In this document: in pieces, positions 27,408 through 36,622 of the stretch
Numbering within the stretch: position 1 is the stretch's first letter
How the letters are laid out: each line of letters begins with the position of its first letter
Translations under genes and position numbers: made by a program
Source of the DNA: a virus
Strand: one strand, 5' to 3'
Length of the DNA: 64,000 nucleotides
IMG/VR virus record: IMGVR_UViG_3300042377_000625
Location: 1-64,000 of that record
The notes under the pieces: model-generated
The model's database searches: none
What the model was told of the DNA's origin: nothing
The model's input: the letters and a program-made list of their open reading frames with translations, nothing else

Positions 27408-28907
27408 ATGGCGAAAGAAAAATCTTTAGTGGAAGAAGCAATCATCCAAATGAAAAATTTGGAAGAAGCGGTTGCGGAAAATGCAAAAGGAATACTTGCT
27501 TCAACTATGAAGGAAGAAATCAAAGAACTAGTAAAAGAATCTCTAACTGAACAAGAAGACGAGATTGAAACGGATGTTGAAATGGACGAGCCTGAAATGG
27601 AAGACGATATGTCTGACGACGAAGGAATGGAAATGGATACTGATAATTTAGATATGGATATGGATGATGAAGATTCTATGGAGGATGACTTTATGGATGA
27701 CGATGAAACTATTGACCTTACCGACGTTGACGACGAAGATGAAATCTTACGTGTATTTAGTTTAATGGGACCTGAAGATAATATCGTGGTTACCAAAGAT
27801 AATTCAGGTAATATCAATCTTAAAGATTCTGAAAAAGAATATATGATTGTTGGTGAAGGTGAAGAATTTATGGATGATTCTGAAGAAATGTTTGAAATGG
27901 ATGATATGTCAGATTTTGGTATGGAAGACGATGAAGACGAAGACATCAATAGCATCATTGATAGAGTATTTAAAAAAGATAACGACGAATTAGAAGAAAT
28001 GGATTTTGAAAAAGATGAATTAGAGTTCGGAGAAGAAGAAGGAATGGACAGTGAAGAAATTGTTTATGAAATTGAATTCAACGAAGAAGAAGGTGAAGAA
28101 GATATGGGTCTATCTGAAGAAGATGAAGTAGAAGAAGAAATGTACGAATCTTACGAAGAAGAAGACGAGGATATGGAAGAAGAACCTGTTATGGAATCTA
28201 AAAAGATGTCAATCAAACCTAAGGGTGTTGGCATGGGAAATCCAAATAAGAAAAAAGTATACTCAAACAAACCTAACCAAGAAGGTGGTTTCAAAACTGT
28301 GAAAAAAACAGTTAATAAAACTATGGGTACTGGTAAAGCGAAATTTGAATACAAAGACGGTGAAAATCTTGACGGTGATATGAAAACTGTTAAAAAGGTT
28401 GAAACCAAAGAAGCATCAAGAACTTTAGGAAACGGTTCTAACTTTAGAAAGGGTGGTTTATCAAAACCAAGAGCTCACTCTAAATTTAATACCGCAATCC
28501 AAAAAGAGAGTGTTGATAACAAAGAATTACAAGTTCTTAGAGAAAAAAATGAAGAGTACAGAAAAGCACTTAACGTTTTCAGAAATAAATTAAACGAAGT
28601 TGCAGTGTTTAATTCAAACTTAGCTTATGCTACACGTTTGTTTACAGAACATTCGACATCAAAACAAGAGAAGATTAATATCTTAAGACGTTTTGATAGT
28701 GTTGAAACTATTAAAGAATCTAAAAACTTGTATAAGACATTAAAAGATGACCTTTCGGCTACGACAAGTCAACCAATGAATGAATCAATGGAAAGAACCA
28801 TTCAAAGTTCTCCATCAACAGGTTCTTCGGCTAACTTGATTGAGTCTAAAACATACGAAAATCCTCAGTTCTTAAGAATGAAAGATTTAATGTCAAAATT
28901 AAAATAA
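27408..28907 (+). CDS. prohead core/scaffold protein (gp22-like)
   Basis: Very acidic, coiled-coil C-terminus, many LxE sites, located between protease and major capsid genes. Confidence 0.75.
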   Translation: MAKEKSLVEEAIIQMKNLEEAVAENAKGILASTMKEEIKELVKESLTEQEDEIETDVEMDEPEMEDDMSDDEGMEMDTDNLDMDMDDEDSMEDDFMDDDETIDLTDVDDEDEILRVFSLMGPEDNIVVTKDNSGNINLKDSEKEYMIVGEGEEFMDDSEEMFEMDDMSDFGMEDDEDEDINSIIDRVFKKDNDELEEMDFEKDELEFGEEEGMDSEEIVYEIEFNEEEGEEDMGLSEEDEVEEEMYESYEEEDEDMEEEPVMESKKMSIKPKGVGMGNPNKKKVYSNKPNQEGGFKTVKKTVNKTMGTGKAKFEYKDGENLDGDMKTVKKVETKEASRTLGNGSNFRKGGLSKPRAHSKFNTAIQKESVDNKELQVLREKNEEYRKALNVFRNKLNEVAVFNSNLAYATRLFTEHSTSKQEKINILRRFDSVETIKESKNLYKTLKDDLSATTSQPMNESMERTIQSSPSTGSSANLIESKTYENPQFLRMKDLMSKLK

Positions 28908-28939
28908 AATAAACTAAAAAATTAATAAAAACCAAAAAA

Positions 28940-30811
28940 ATGGGAGCATTATTAGAATCAGGTCTTGTTGGTAACATCGGGTTAAAACACCTTAAAGTTA
29001 TCAAAGAAGATACTATCAACAAATGGGATAAATTAGGATTCCTAGAAGGCCTTAAAGGTCACCTAAAAGAAAACGTAGCTCAGTTATATGAGAACCAAGC
29101 GTCTTTCTTAATTAACGAAGCAACGTCTGACGGGTCTTCAGGTTCATTTGAAACTGTTGTATTCCCTATCGTAAGACGTGTATTCTCTAAATTATTAGCG
29201 AATGACATCGTATCAGTACAAGCGATGAATTTACCAATCGGTAAATTATTCTTCTTTGTACCTAAAATTCAAGGGTATTCAGGTGGTACTAACACTCCAT
29301 GGAGTGATGTATCTTCAGGAGACCACTACGCACCACTAGGAGCACCAAACGGACCAACATCTCAAAATGCAGGTTACACAGGAACTGGAGCGGTTGCTAA
29401 AAACCTTTATGACTTATTCTACGAAGGAACTGAACCAGGTTTAGACCCAGCAGGTTTATTCGATTATTCAAAAGGTCGTTGGTCAGCAATCACTGCAAGT
29501 ACGTTGATTCAAGCATGGTCAAATGGGTCATTAGTTGATGCAACTATTAATGATGGTGCACCAGCAAATGGTATTGAAATTGCTTCAGGTAACACAAGAA
29601 AAGTTATTGTTAAAATGTGTGGTTTCGCTGATACAGGAGCTGGTAAATTAATCGGACCTGACGGTAATGAAATGGATACAGAATCTTTCTTATCTGATTT
29701 AGTTATCTTTACAGGTGCTGGTTTAACAGTTGCTGAAGGTTCTCCATGTACAGTTTCAACAGGAGCATTATTGTTCAGAGTTGTTACTCAACAATATGGT
29801 AAAGGAATCGTTTCTTACGGTAATACAGTTCAAACTAATTGGCCAGCGGCATCAGGTAATAACCCTGCAGGTAACGGTGGTTCGTTTAAAACCGTATGTG
29901 ACGCTAACGGATGTATCTACTTAGAAGTTGATTTATCTTGTCCAGTATGTGCTGATTGTGATTCTACATCTTTAGATGGTTACACAGGTACTACTATTAC
30001 TGAAGCGTCTTCAGGAACATCATTCTACGCAGCGTTCAGACGTTACGAACAATTAGAATTTGAAGATAAAATCGGTGAGGTTTCTTTCGACTTAGATTCA
30101 GTTACTGTATCTGTTACAGAAAGAAAATTAAGAGCACAATGGTCTCCTGAGTTAGCTCAAGACGTTGCTGCATTCCACAACATCGATGCTGAAGCTGAAT
30201 TAACGGCTTTATTATCTGAACAAGTTGCTGCTGAAATCGACCGTGAAATCTTAAGAGATTTACGTAAAGGTGCGGCATGGAACTTACGTTGGGATTACAA
30301 CGGATGGAGAAGAATTTCTCAAACTACATCTTATACTCAAAAAGATTGGAATCAAACATTAATTACTGCAATTAACCAATTGTCAGCACAAATCCACAAA
30401 TCTACATTAAGAGGTGGAGCTAACTGGATTGTAGTTTCTTCTGAGATTTCGGCTATTTTTGATGATTTAGAGTACTTCCACGTATCTAACGCGTCTCCAG
30501 AGCAAGACCAATACAACATGGGTATTGAAAGAGTTGGAACATTAGCAGGTCGTTACCAAGTTTACCGTGACCCTTACTTCCCAGCTAACACAGTGTTAGT
30601 AGGACATAAAGGAACGTCATTGTTAGACACAGGTTACATCTACGCACCGTATGTACCATTACAATTAACACCTACAATGTATAACCCATTCAACTTCACA
30701 CCTATTAAAGGTATTATGACACGTTACGCTAAGAAAATGGTTAACAACCGTTTCTACGGACGTATCACAGTTGATGGAGTTAGAACATTCGACTTAAGAG
30801 AATTGAGATAA
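28940..30811 (+). CDS. major capsid protein (T4 gp23-like)
   Basis: LANDIVSVQAM, RKLRAQWSPELAQD, DAEAELTALLSEQVAAEIDREI, YAPYVPL and GIMTRYA. Confidence 0.96.
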   Translation: MGALLESGLVGNIGLKHLKVIKEDTINKWDKLGFLEGLKGHLKENVAQLYENQASFLINEATSDGSSGSFETVVFPIVRRVFSKLLANDIVSVQAMNLPIGKLFFFVPKIQGYSGGTNTPWSDVSSGDHYAPLGAPNGPTSQNAGYTGTGAVAKNLYDLFYEGTEPGLDPAGLFDYSKGRWSAITASTLIQAWSNGSLVDATINDGAPANGIEIASGNTRKVIVKMCGFADTGAGKLIGPDGNEMDTESFLSDLVIFTGAGLTVAEGSPCTVSTGALLFRVVTQQYGKGIVSYGNTVQTNWPAASGNNPAGNGGSFKTVCDANGCIYLEVDLSCPVCADCDSTSLDGYTGTTITEASSGTSFYAAFRRYEQLEFEDKIGEVSFDLDSVTVSVTERKLRAQWSPELAQDVAAFHNIDAEAELTALLSEQVAAEIDREILRDLRKGAAWNLRWDYNGWRRISQTTSYTQKDWNQTLITAINQLSAQIHKSTLRGGANWIVVSSEISAIFDDLEYFHVSNASPEQDQYNMGIERVGTLAGRYQVYRDPYFPANTVLVGHKGTSLLDTGYIYAPYVPLQLTPTMYNPFNFTPIKGIMTRYAKKMVNNRFYGRITVDGVRTFDLRELR

Positions 30812-30832
30812 TCAACATCTTAAATAATATGA

Positions 30833-30860
30833 AAAGGGACGAGTAATCGTCCCTTTTTTT
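30833..30860 (+). terminator. intrinsic terminator after the capsid gene
   Basis: AAAGGGACGA-GTAA-TCGTCCCTTT followed by a T run. Confidence 0.85.
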
Positions 30861-30882
30861 GTTTTACAAGTATTTATATTAT

Positions 30883-31296
30883 ATGAGCGAATTACGTAGA
30901 TTAATCAAAGAACATTTATTATTAGAAAAGAAAATTGGGCATATTATGGCCAAAATAGAAATTGCCTTTGGTTTTGAGATTGATAGAACTACCCACGCAT
31001 ATGAAAGAAAAAACAGAACTGATATTCCTGATTATAATGATAGAGAAATATCTAACGGTGAATTAAAATATATAATTGAGAGTTGTAGACGAGAAATTGC
31101 GGAAGGAATTACCACAGGAGAGATTAAAGATGATGTAGCATTTGTTATTAAATCAAAAGAAAAAGAAATCGCTATGGTCATAGTACCAAAACATGGTGGT
31201 GGCTCCTATTGGAAATTACTTATAATTACCGTTTTTAGAGAATCGTATGATTTATCTTTTAGAGTTGGTAAAGACCAATTTGTTATTTGGATTTAA
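30883..31296 (+). CDS. hypothetical protein
   Basis: N-terminal LRRLIKEHLLLE; HAYER...LLIITV; TATTTAT upstream. Confidence 0.7.
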   Translation: MSELRRLIKEHLLLEKKIGHIMAKIEIAFGFEIDRTTHAYERKNRTDIPDYNDREISNGELKYIIESCRREIAEGITTGEIKDDVAFVIKSKEKEIAMVIVPKHGGGSYWKLLIITVFRESYDLSFRVGKDQFVIWI

Positions 31297-31407
31297 AAAA
31301 GAACGGGACTTAGTATCTAAATCGTTTCTATCCCGTTCAAATTAGGAGGTTTTCGTCCTAACCATTATGATTGATTTAGTTGTATCTGAATCGTTTCCCT
31401 CAACCAC
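31295..31407 (-). ncRNA. candidate small RNA with two AACGAUUYAGAUAC loop motifs
   Basis: Minus-strand TATCTTTG at 31412-31419 drives no ORF. Three hairpins follow, the last ending in U6. Confidence 0.55.
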
Positions 31408-31488
31408 ATTACAAAGATAAGTAAATATACTGAATCCACAACTTTTTTTTCGAAAAAACAGATATTTATATATTAAACAGAAATAGGT

Positions 31489-32364
31489 ATGAAAAAATTA
31501 TATTTTTTAAATGAAGAAGAATCTAAAAGAATTCTAAATCTTCATAAAGAAGCAACTAAAAAACAATATCTTAAAGAAGACGACACTATGATGTCATCTG
31601 AAAATGAGTTAGCCGAAGATGGTGTAATGGCGTCAATGGCAACAGGTGCTGCAATTGGTGGAGCCGTTGGTTTAGTTCCAGGAGCAATTATCGGTGGAGC
31701 GATTGGATTAATTAACGGATTAATTAATGGTGGGAATTATTCTTACAAAGGTGCCGAAAAAATTTTACAAGCTTGTGGAAATTTAAAAGAAGTTGGTAAA
31801 TCAACACTGAGTAGAGCCACATTAAATGGTATTGCCGATGGTATTAACGCAGCGGTTGATGGTATGGGTACTGATGAGGATGCAATTAAAAGTAATCTAC
31901 AAAAAATCACAACAATTCCTGATTTATGTGCGATGTCAAACATATATAATACAAGACATGGTGAAAGTTTATTCGCAGCAATTGATGGGGACATCGATTC
32001 TGAGGGTGAATGGAAACAATATGTTTTTTTACCATTATTAGACGCATATGAAAACAGTGTTGACCTTGGTAAAAAATTGGCGGCACAAAAGGAATCAAGT
32101 GTCGTAAAGGGATTTGAAAAATTTCCTTGTATTCCAAGTAACCCAAAAGCGAAATCATCAAAATTGAGTGACGGTAGTATTGCTTACATAATTGATGGGG
32201 TGGTTTATTACGGGAATGGTAGAAAAAAATTGGTCGACGGAACTATGGCCAGTTATTCTTGTGGTAAAGAATCGTCTAATACTAAGACAAATACTAAGAC
32301 AAAAGTTAAACAACCAACAATACCTTCAGATACAGATTTAGATATGGTATTGACTAAACTTTAA
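31489..32364 (+). CDS. protein with Gly-zipper and an annexin-like repeat
   Basis: GAAIGGAVG..GAIIGGAIG; AVDGMGTDEDAI...YNTRHGESLFAAIDGD matches the annexin GxGTDE repeat. Confidence 0.65.
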   Translation: MKKLYFLNEEESKRILNLHKEATKKQYLKEDDTMMSSENELAEDGVMASMATGAAIGGAVGLVPGAIIGGAIGLINGLINGGNYSYKGAEKILQACGNLKEVGKSTLSRATLNGIADGINAAVDGMGTDEDAIKSNLQKITTIPDLCAMSNIYNTRHGESLFAAIDGDIDSEGEWKQYVFLPLLDAYENSVDLGKKLAAQKESSVVKGFEKFPCIPSNPKAKSSKLSDGSIAYIIDGVVYYGNGRKKLVDGTMASYSCGKESSNTKTNTKTKVKQPTIPSDTDLDMVLTKL

Positions 32365-32380
32365 ATTATTAATTATTAAA

Positions 32381-32863
32381 ATGAAGAAAATTATAAAAAT
32401 AACTGAATCTGAAAAAGAGTCTATTTTAAATTTACATAACACGTATAAAAATAGATTAATGGAACAAACACCAGCTCCTGTAACTGCAGCTCCTGCAACC
32501 GCAACTCCTGCAACCGCAGCTCCTGCAACCGCAGCTCCTGCATCCCAAGATAGAAAAGTAGATTGTACAACAACTAAAAATCCTACAAGATGTAAACAAA
32601 AAGTTTTAGATGTACAAGTTAAAATTAACGATAAATGTACTAAGATATCTAAAAAATTAGTTGAGGATGGTATATACGGTACTAATACTATGAACGCAAT
32701 TAATGCTTGTACGGGTATTGATTTGAGTAAAAGTTCGGGAACTCAAACACCCGCAGGAGTACAAACACCTGCAGGAGTACAAACACCCGCAGGAGTACAA
32801 ACACCCGCTGGAACTACAGTTGCGTCAGCAACAGATGAACCTGTTGATAGCTTAACGGTTTAA
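32381..32863 (+). CDS. protein with PG-binding-like motif and TPA repeats
   Basis: LVEDGIYGTNTMNAI motif; TAAPA and QTPAGV repeats. Confidence 0.6.
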   Translation: MKKIIKITESEKESILNLHNTYKNRLMEQTPAPVTAAPATATPATAAPATAAPASQDRKVDCTTTKNPTRCKQKVLDVQVKINDKCTKISKKLVEDGIYGTNTMNAINACTGIDLSKSSGTQTPAGVQTPAGVQTPAGVQTPAGTTVASATDEPVDSLTV

Positions 32864-33243
32864 TCTTCTAAGGGACTGATTAATCTACTAGCGGTAGAAT
32901 AATTCGTAGCGATTGCAATGTCATGGACATTACAAATTCTTAATAACATACTAACATCTACTTGATGTGGATGAACTTCTAAGGGGTCGATAAAGAATAT
33001 AACTATATCGACTTCTTTGTTTACAATCATTGACGCAATCTGAGCGTCACCACCCATAGGACCACTTAACATCGTCTCAACCTTAGTTAATCCAGCATGT
33101 TTTAAATGTTTTCCTGTTGTACCTGTGGCAACTACTTCAACATTATCTGAAGTGAAGAAAGGTAGTCGTTTCATTACGAATGATACCATATCGGCCTTCT
33201 TACCGTCGTGAGCGATTAACGCTAATTTAATCTTCTGTTTCAT
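32860..33243 (-). CDS. mgsA: methylglyoxal synthase
   Basis: ALIAHDGKK, ATGTTG, SGPMGGDAQI, FFIDPL..HPH..DV..LLR.C.VH and ATN..TA. Confidence 0.95.
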   Translation of the reverse strand: MKQKIKLALIAHDGKKADMVSFVMKRLPFFTSDNVEVVATGTTGKHLKHAGLTKVETMLSGPMGGDAQIASMIVNKEVDIVIFFIDPLEVHPHQVDVSMLLRICNVHDIAIATNYSTASRLISPLED

Positions 33244-33460
33244 TTTTAATTTCCTGTTTTGACATAACTCTAATTGCTCTTGATACAACCTCTGCCTCAC
33301 CTAAAGAATAAACCCCCTCGTGGTATGCCTTCTTAACCGCTTGTATTAATAGGTATGAAGCATTGTCTTTATCCATAGATTGTAGTAGCACGTCTAAATG
33401 GTCCTCAGTTAGTAGAGGTATTGTGTCGAATAGTTTTCCAAATAATTGTTGTTCTTCCAT
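33227..33460 (-). CDS. hypothetical protein
   Basis: 77 aa; overlaps the mgsA start. Confidence 0.7.
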   Translation of the reverse strand: MEEQQLFGKLFDTIPLLTEDHLDVLLQSMDKDNASYLLIQAVKKAYHEGVYSLGEAEVVSRAIRVMSKQEIKNETED

Positions 33461-33508
33461 TGTGAAAATATCTTTTTTTGATATATTTATAAGTATACTA
33501 AAATATCT

Positions 33509-34954
33509 ATGCTAAATCAATTAATAAAGAAAGTATTACTCGAGGCAACTTCTGACAGTAATGGGGGTAGAGGGTCCTATGTTTCTCCTTTACAACCTGG
33601 TGTTAGAGAATTTAGTAAAGAGTCGTTACAACCATTTATAACACCCGTATCAAAGTATGTCAATACTGAGTTGGGATACGACAGTTATGACGGTAAAATG
33701 AGTACCCCTAAAAAGAAAATTAAAAAGATGGAAAATAAAGCAAAAAACATCTCCAATTATATTAAGAATCACCCTACTTTAACATCTGGTGATGATGAAG
33801 GTAATAATATAAACCAAACACCTGGAGGTAAAAAAAGTATTGTACCAATCACAACTCTAAAAGAGTGGATTGAAATAAAAAAAGACACTGTAGTTGTTGG
33901 TGAAAAGAAAGTAATTAAACTTAACGAAGGTGATATTATTCGAATGGTAAAAAGAATTTTATCTGAACAAGATGATGAAAAAACTTATTATAAGTTAGGT
34001 GCAACAGGTTTAGGATTTAAAATTATTGATGGAAAATTATACACGGTATTATTTAATAAATCAACAGGTGAAGTAAAACCAGACTACGCATTAAACGGGG
34101 AGTTATACGACTTCAAAGTAGATGTTAAAACAGGTGAAGTACTTGACGAGGACTATAGAACAAATATCGAATTCACAGAGTTTTATTGGAATGATATAGT
34201 TCGTTCTGATATACAACCTGGACAATATAATAATGTAAGATACAAATTTATTGCCGTGGCACCTGAAGGTGTTCCTAATAAGGCCTCAATCGGTAAACCA
34301 GTTGTTTACACGGGTAATATTGTTGCAGAGGACATAAGTGTCTTAAAATCAATCGGAATGACCGAATCTAAAGATACTACCATTTCACCTATGATGTATT
34401 ATAAGAAGGGTGGAAAAGGGTATTATGTGATGTTATATCCTGGCGCAAGACCTGGTACTGAAGTTACAATTGGTGGGTCATCAAAAAAAACAACACCAAC
34501 ACCGACTAATATTAGTTTGGATATTACAGAACCGTTCGTATTTGACAAAACAGAATTAAAACCTGAAGCTCAAGATAAGATTGATAAATTTATTTCTAAT
34601 TTAAATGGTTACTTGAAAACATATCCTAAGTATGGTAAATTCTTATTACAAAACGTCCCATTAATTATCGGATATTCATCAAGAGATAAAGACCCTAACG
34701 ATAGAATAATTGGTAAATTACCTGCATGTCAATCATCTAAAACTATTGGTGAGTATAATCAATGTTTATCACAACAAAGAGCAAATACAATCGCTAATAT
34801 GATTAAAGAGAAAACGGGTATTGTTATGACCCCTATTGGTAAAGGTGAAACGACTGAGTTCGGGCCAGGATGGACAAAAGAAAAATCAACTACTACTGAC
34901 CAAACACAACCTAATAGAAGGTTTGTAATTAAAATTAAAGATTATACAGAATAA
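33509..34954 (+). CDS. multi-segment protein with C-terminal OmpA-like peptidoglycan-binding domain
   Basis: F.FDKTEL...IIGYSS...YNQCLSQQRANTI...GKGET...NRRFVI. Confidence 0.7.
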   Translation: MLNQLIKKVLLEATSDSNGGRGSYVSPLQPGVREFSKESLQPFITPVSKYVNTELGYDSYDGKMSTPKKKIKKMENKAKNISNYIKNHPTLTSGDDEGNNINQTPGGKKSIVPITTLKEWIEIKKDTVVVGEKKVIKLNEGDIIRMVKRILSEQDDEKTYYKLGATGLGFKIIDGKLYTVLFNKSTGEVKPDYALNGELYDFKVDVKTGEVLDEDYRTNIEFTEFYWNDIVRSDIQPGQYNNVRYKFIAVAPEGVPNKASIGKPVVYTGNIVAEDISVLKSIGMTESKDTTISPMMYYKKGGKGYYVMLYPGARPGTEVTIGGSSKKTTPTPTNISLDITEPFVFDKTELKPEAQDKIDKFISNLNGYLKTYPKYGKFLLQNVPLIIGYSSRDKDPNDRIIGKLPACQSSKTIGEYNQCLSQQRANTIANMIKEKTGIVMTPIGKGETTEFGPGWTKEKSTTTDQTQPNRRFVIKIKDYTE

Positions 34955-34984
34955 AAAAAAGAGGTCATTAGACCTCTTTTTTAT
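34954..34984. terminator. bidirectional terminator
   Basis: A-run-GAGGTC-ATTA-GACCTC-T-run between convergent genes. Confidence 0.8.
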
Positions 34985-35380
34985 TTAGAACACTTTGATG
35001 TTGATAATTTTCTTATCAGTGTAGTCATCAAAGCAGTAGATTAAAACATACTTACCTAACTTAGGATGAGTATTAGTATGTGGAATACTATCTAATGTGA
35101 CAACCCCTGTTTTCTTATCTTGGATATATACGTATGAATCGTATGTGAATTCATTATGTAACGTTTGATTAAGTTTGAAGTCCTTGAAAAATCTAACTGA
35201 ATCAAGATTAGTGATATCAATCTTGTATGTGTTAAGTAACAACTTAACGGATACGGAATCTTTAACCCATAAATCACTTAACTCATAGAAGTTCCCCGCC
35301 TTCTTAATAGAGGATTCAACCTGAGCGAAACCAACACATGTGGTTAAGACTAAAACGATGAGTGTGATTAATTTTTTCAT
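34985..35380 (-). CDS. secreted hypothetical protein
   Basis: Signal peptide MKKLITLIVLVLTTCVGFA-Q. Confidence 0.7.
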   Translation of the reverse strand: MKKLITLIVLVLTTCVGFAQVESSIKKAGNFYELSDLWVKDSVSVKLLLNTYKIDITNLDSVRFFKDFKLNQTLHNEFTYDSYVYIQDKKTGVVTLDSIPHTNTHPKLGKYVLIYCFDDYTDKKIINIKVF

Positions 35381-35389
35381 ATTACAAAG

Positions 35390-35800
35390 TTAAGCAATTT
35401 TTTCTAATATTGATGATAAAGAATGAACTATTTGTGATTTTATTTCATCTTCGTACCCTTGTCTCATAATCTCTGTTTTGTTATCATACAAAACATTTAA
35501 TTTTTCCCAATCTCTCTGAGACAAAACTATATCATAATGGTATACGTGATTGGTAATACTAATTTTTCTATCGTCCATAAGGATAAATAAACCTAACGTA
35601 ACATTCTTGATATATTTCTTACCTGATAGTGGAGCAATTAAAAATTTAGAATCAGGATGATTAATAAGTCTACGACAAATTGCGGTACAAATCTTTTCAT
35701 TTTCCGATAGTCGACTTTTTTCTGTGAAAAATCGATACTTGTGCCAAAGAGTAAATTTAGTGTACCATCTCTTTAGAACCCTCTTTAAATATATTTTCAT
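35390..35800 (-). CDS. hypothetical protein
   Basis: 136 aa, with a host-type promoter at 35836-35843. Confidence 0.7.
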   Translation of the reverse strand: MKIYLKRVLKRWYTKFTLWHKYRFFTEKSRLSENEKICTAICRRLINHPDSKFLIAPLSGKKYIKNVTLGLFILMDDRKISITNHVYHYDIVLSQRDWEKLNVLYDNKTEIMRQGYEDEIKSQIVHSLSSILEKIA

Positions 35801-35921
35801 TTTTTTGTTGTATGTTGATTACATTATCTTAAGTACAAAGATAGTAAAAATATTGACAAAAAAAAATAACCTTAAAATAATTAAGGTTATTTCTTGTATT
35901 TTTTATTATTAGTCTTACTAA

Positions 35922-36524
35922 TTACCCGTTTAATCCGTTACCACCAATAAGAACCGCGTTCATTTGAACAACTTCTCTACCAGCACTATTTGTATAGGTT
36001 GGATGTGGAGGAATTATTGTAATTACCGAATTGTCGCATATTTCCTGGCATATGGTGGTTTCAGTGTTAGACGATAATGGTGGTAGATTTTTACAATCTT
36101 CACAATCTAAAAATGGCCCTGAACTGTAATGATAATTTGTTTCACCCGTTAGTGATAACTCATCAAAAGTAGCACAAAATGGTGTTTCAGAACCAAATTG
36201 TATTTCATAAGTAATACCTGTTGTAGGAGTACCATATTCACGACAAAAATTAGTTGCTTCAATATTAAACACTTCTAAGTCATTACATCCTATAAATTTA
36301 AAATTTAAAGACTCTGTAAGACCACTTAAACACGTACAACAATCGTCGTGTAATTGAACAAAGGATATATTTAGAGTTTCCGCGCTTTCTGTTACTGCCC
36401 CAACAGTACCACAAAATCGAGCCTCGCTAATATCGAACTCTACTGTGGCCCCCAAAGTTAACGTTGCTGCAGAAAGAATGTATACATCATTAGTTAAACA
36501 TTCATTTATAATATAATTTGCCAT
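35922..36524 (-). CDS. Cys-rich probable virion protein
   Basis: Two C...FC...DC..C modules; C-terminal PPHPTYTN...GGNGLNG. Confidence 0.6.
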   Translation of the reverse strand: MANYIINECLTNDVYILSAATLTLGATVEFDISEARFCGTVGAVTESAETLNISFVQLHDDCCTCLSGLTESLNFKFIGCNDLEVFNIEATNFCREYGTPTTGITYEIQFGSETPFCATFDELSLTGETNYHYSSGPFLDCEDCKNLPPLSSNTETTICQEICDNSVITIIPPHPTYTNSAGREVVQMNAVLIGGNGLNG

Positions 36525-36622
36525 ATCTTTTGTGTTATTTTTTTTTTAATTTTTATAGGTTATAATGTAAAATTTAATAATTTTATATTATTTAACATTT
36601 TGTTTTTATTATAAATATCTTA

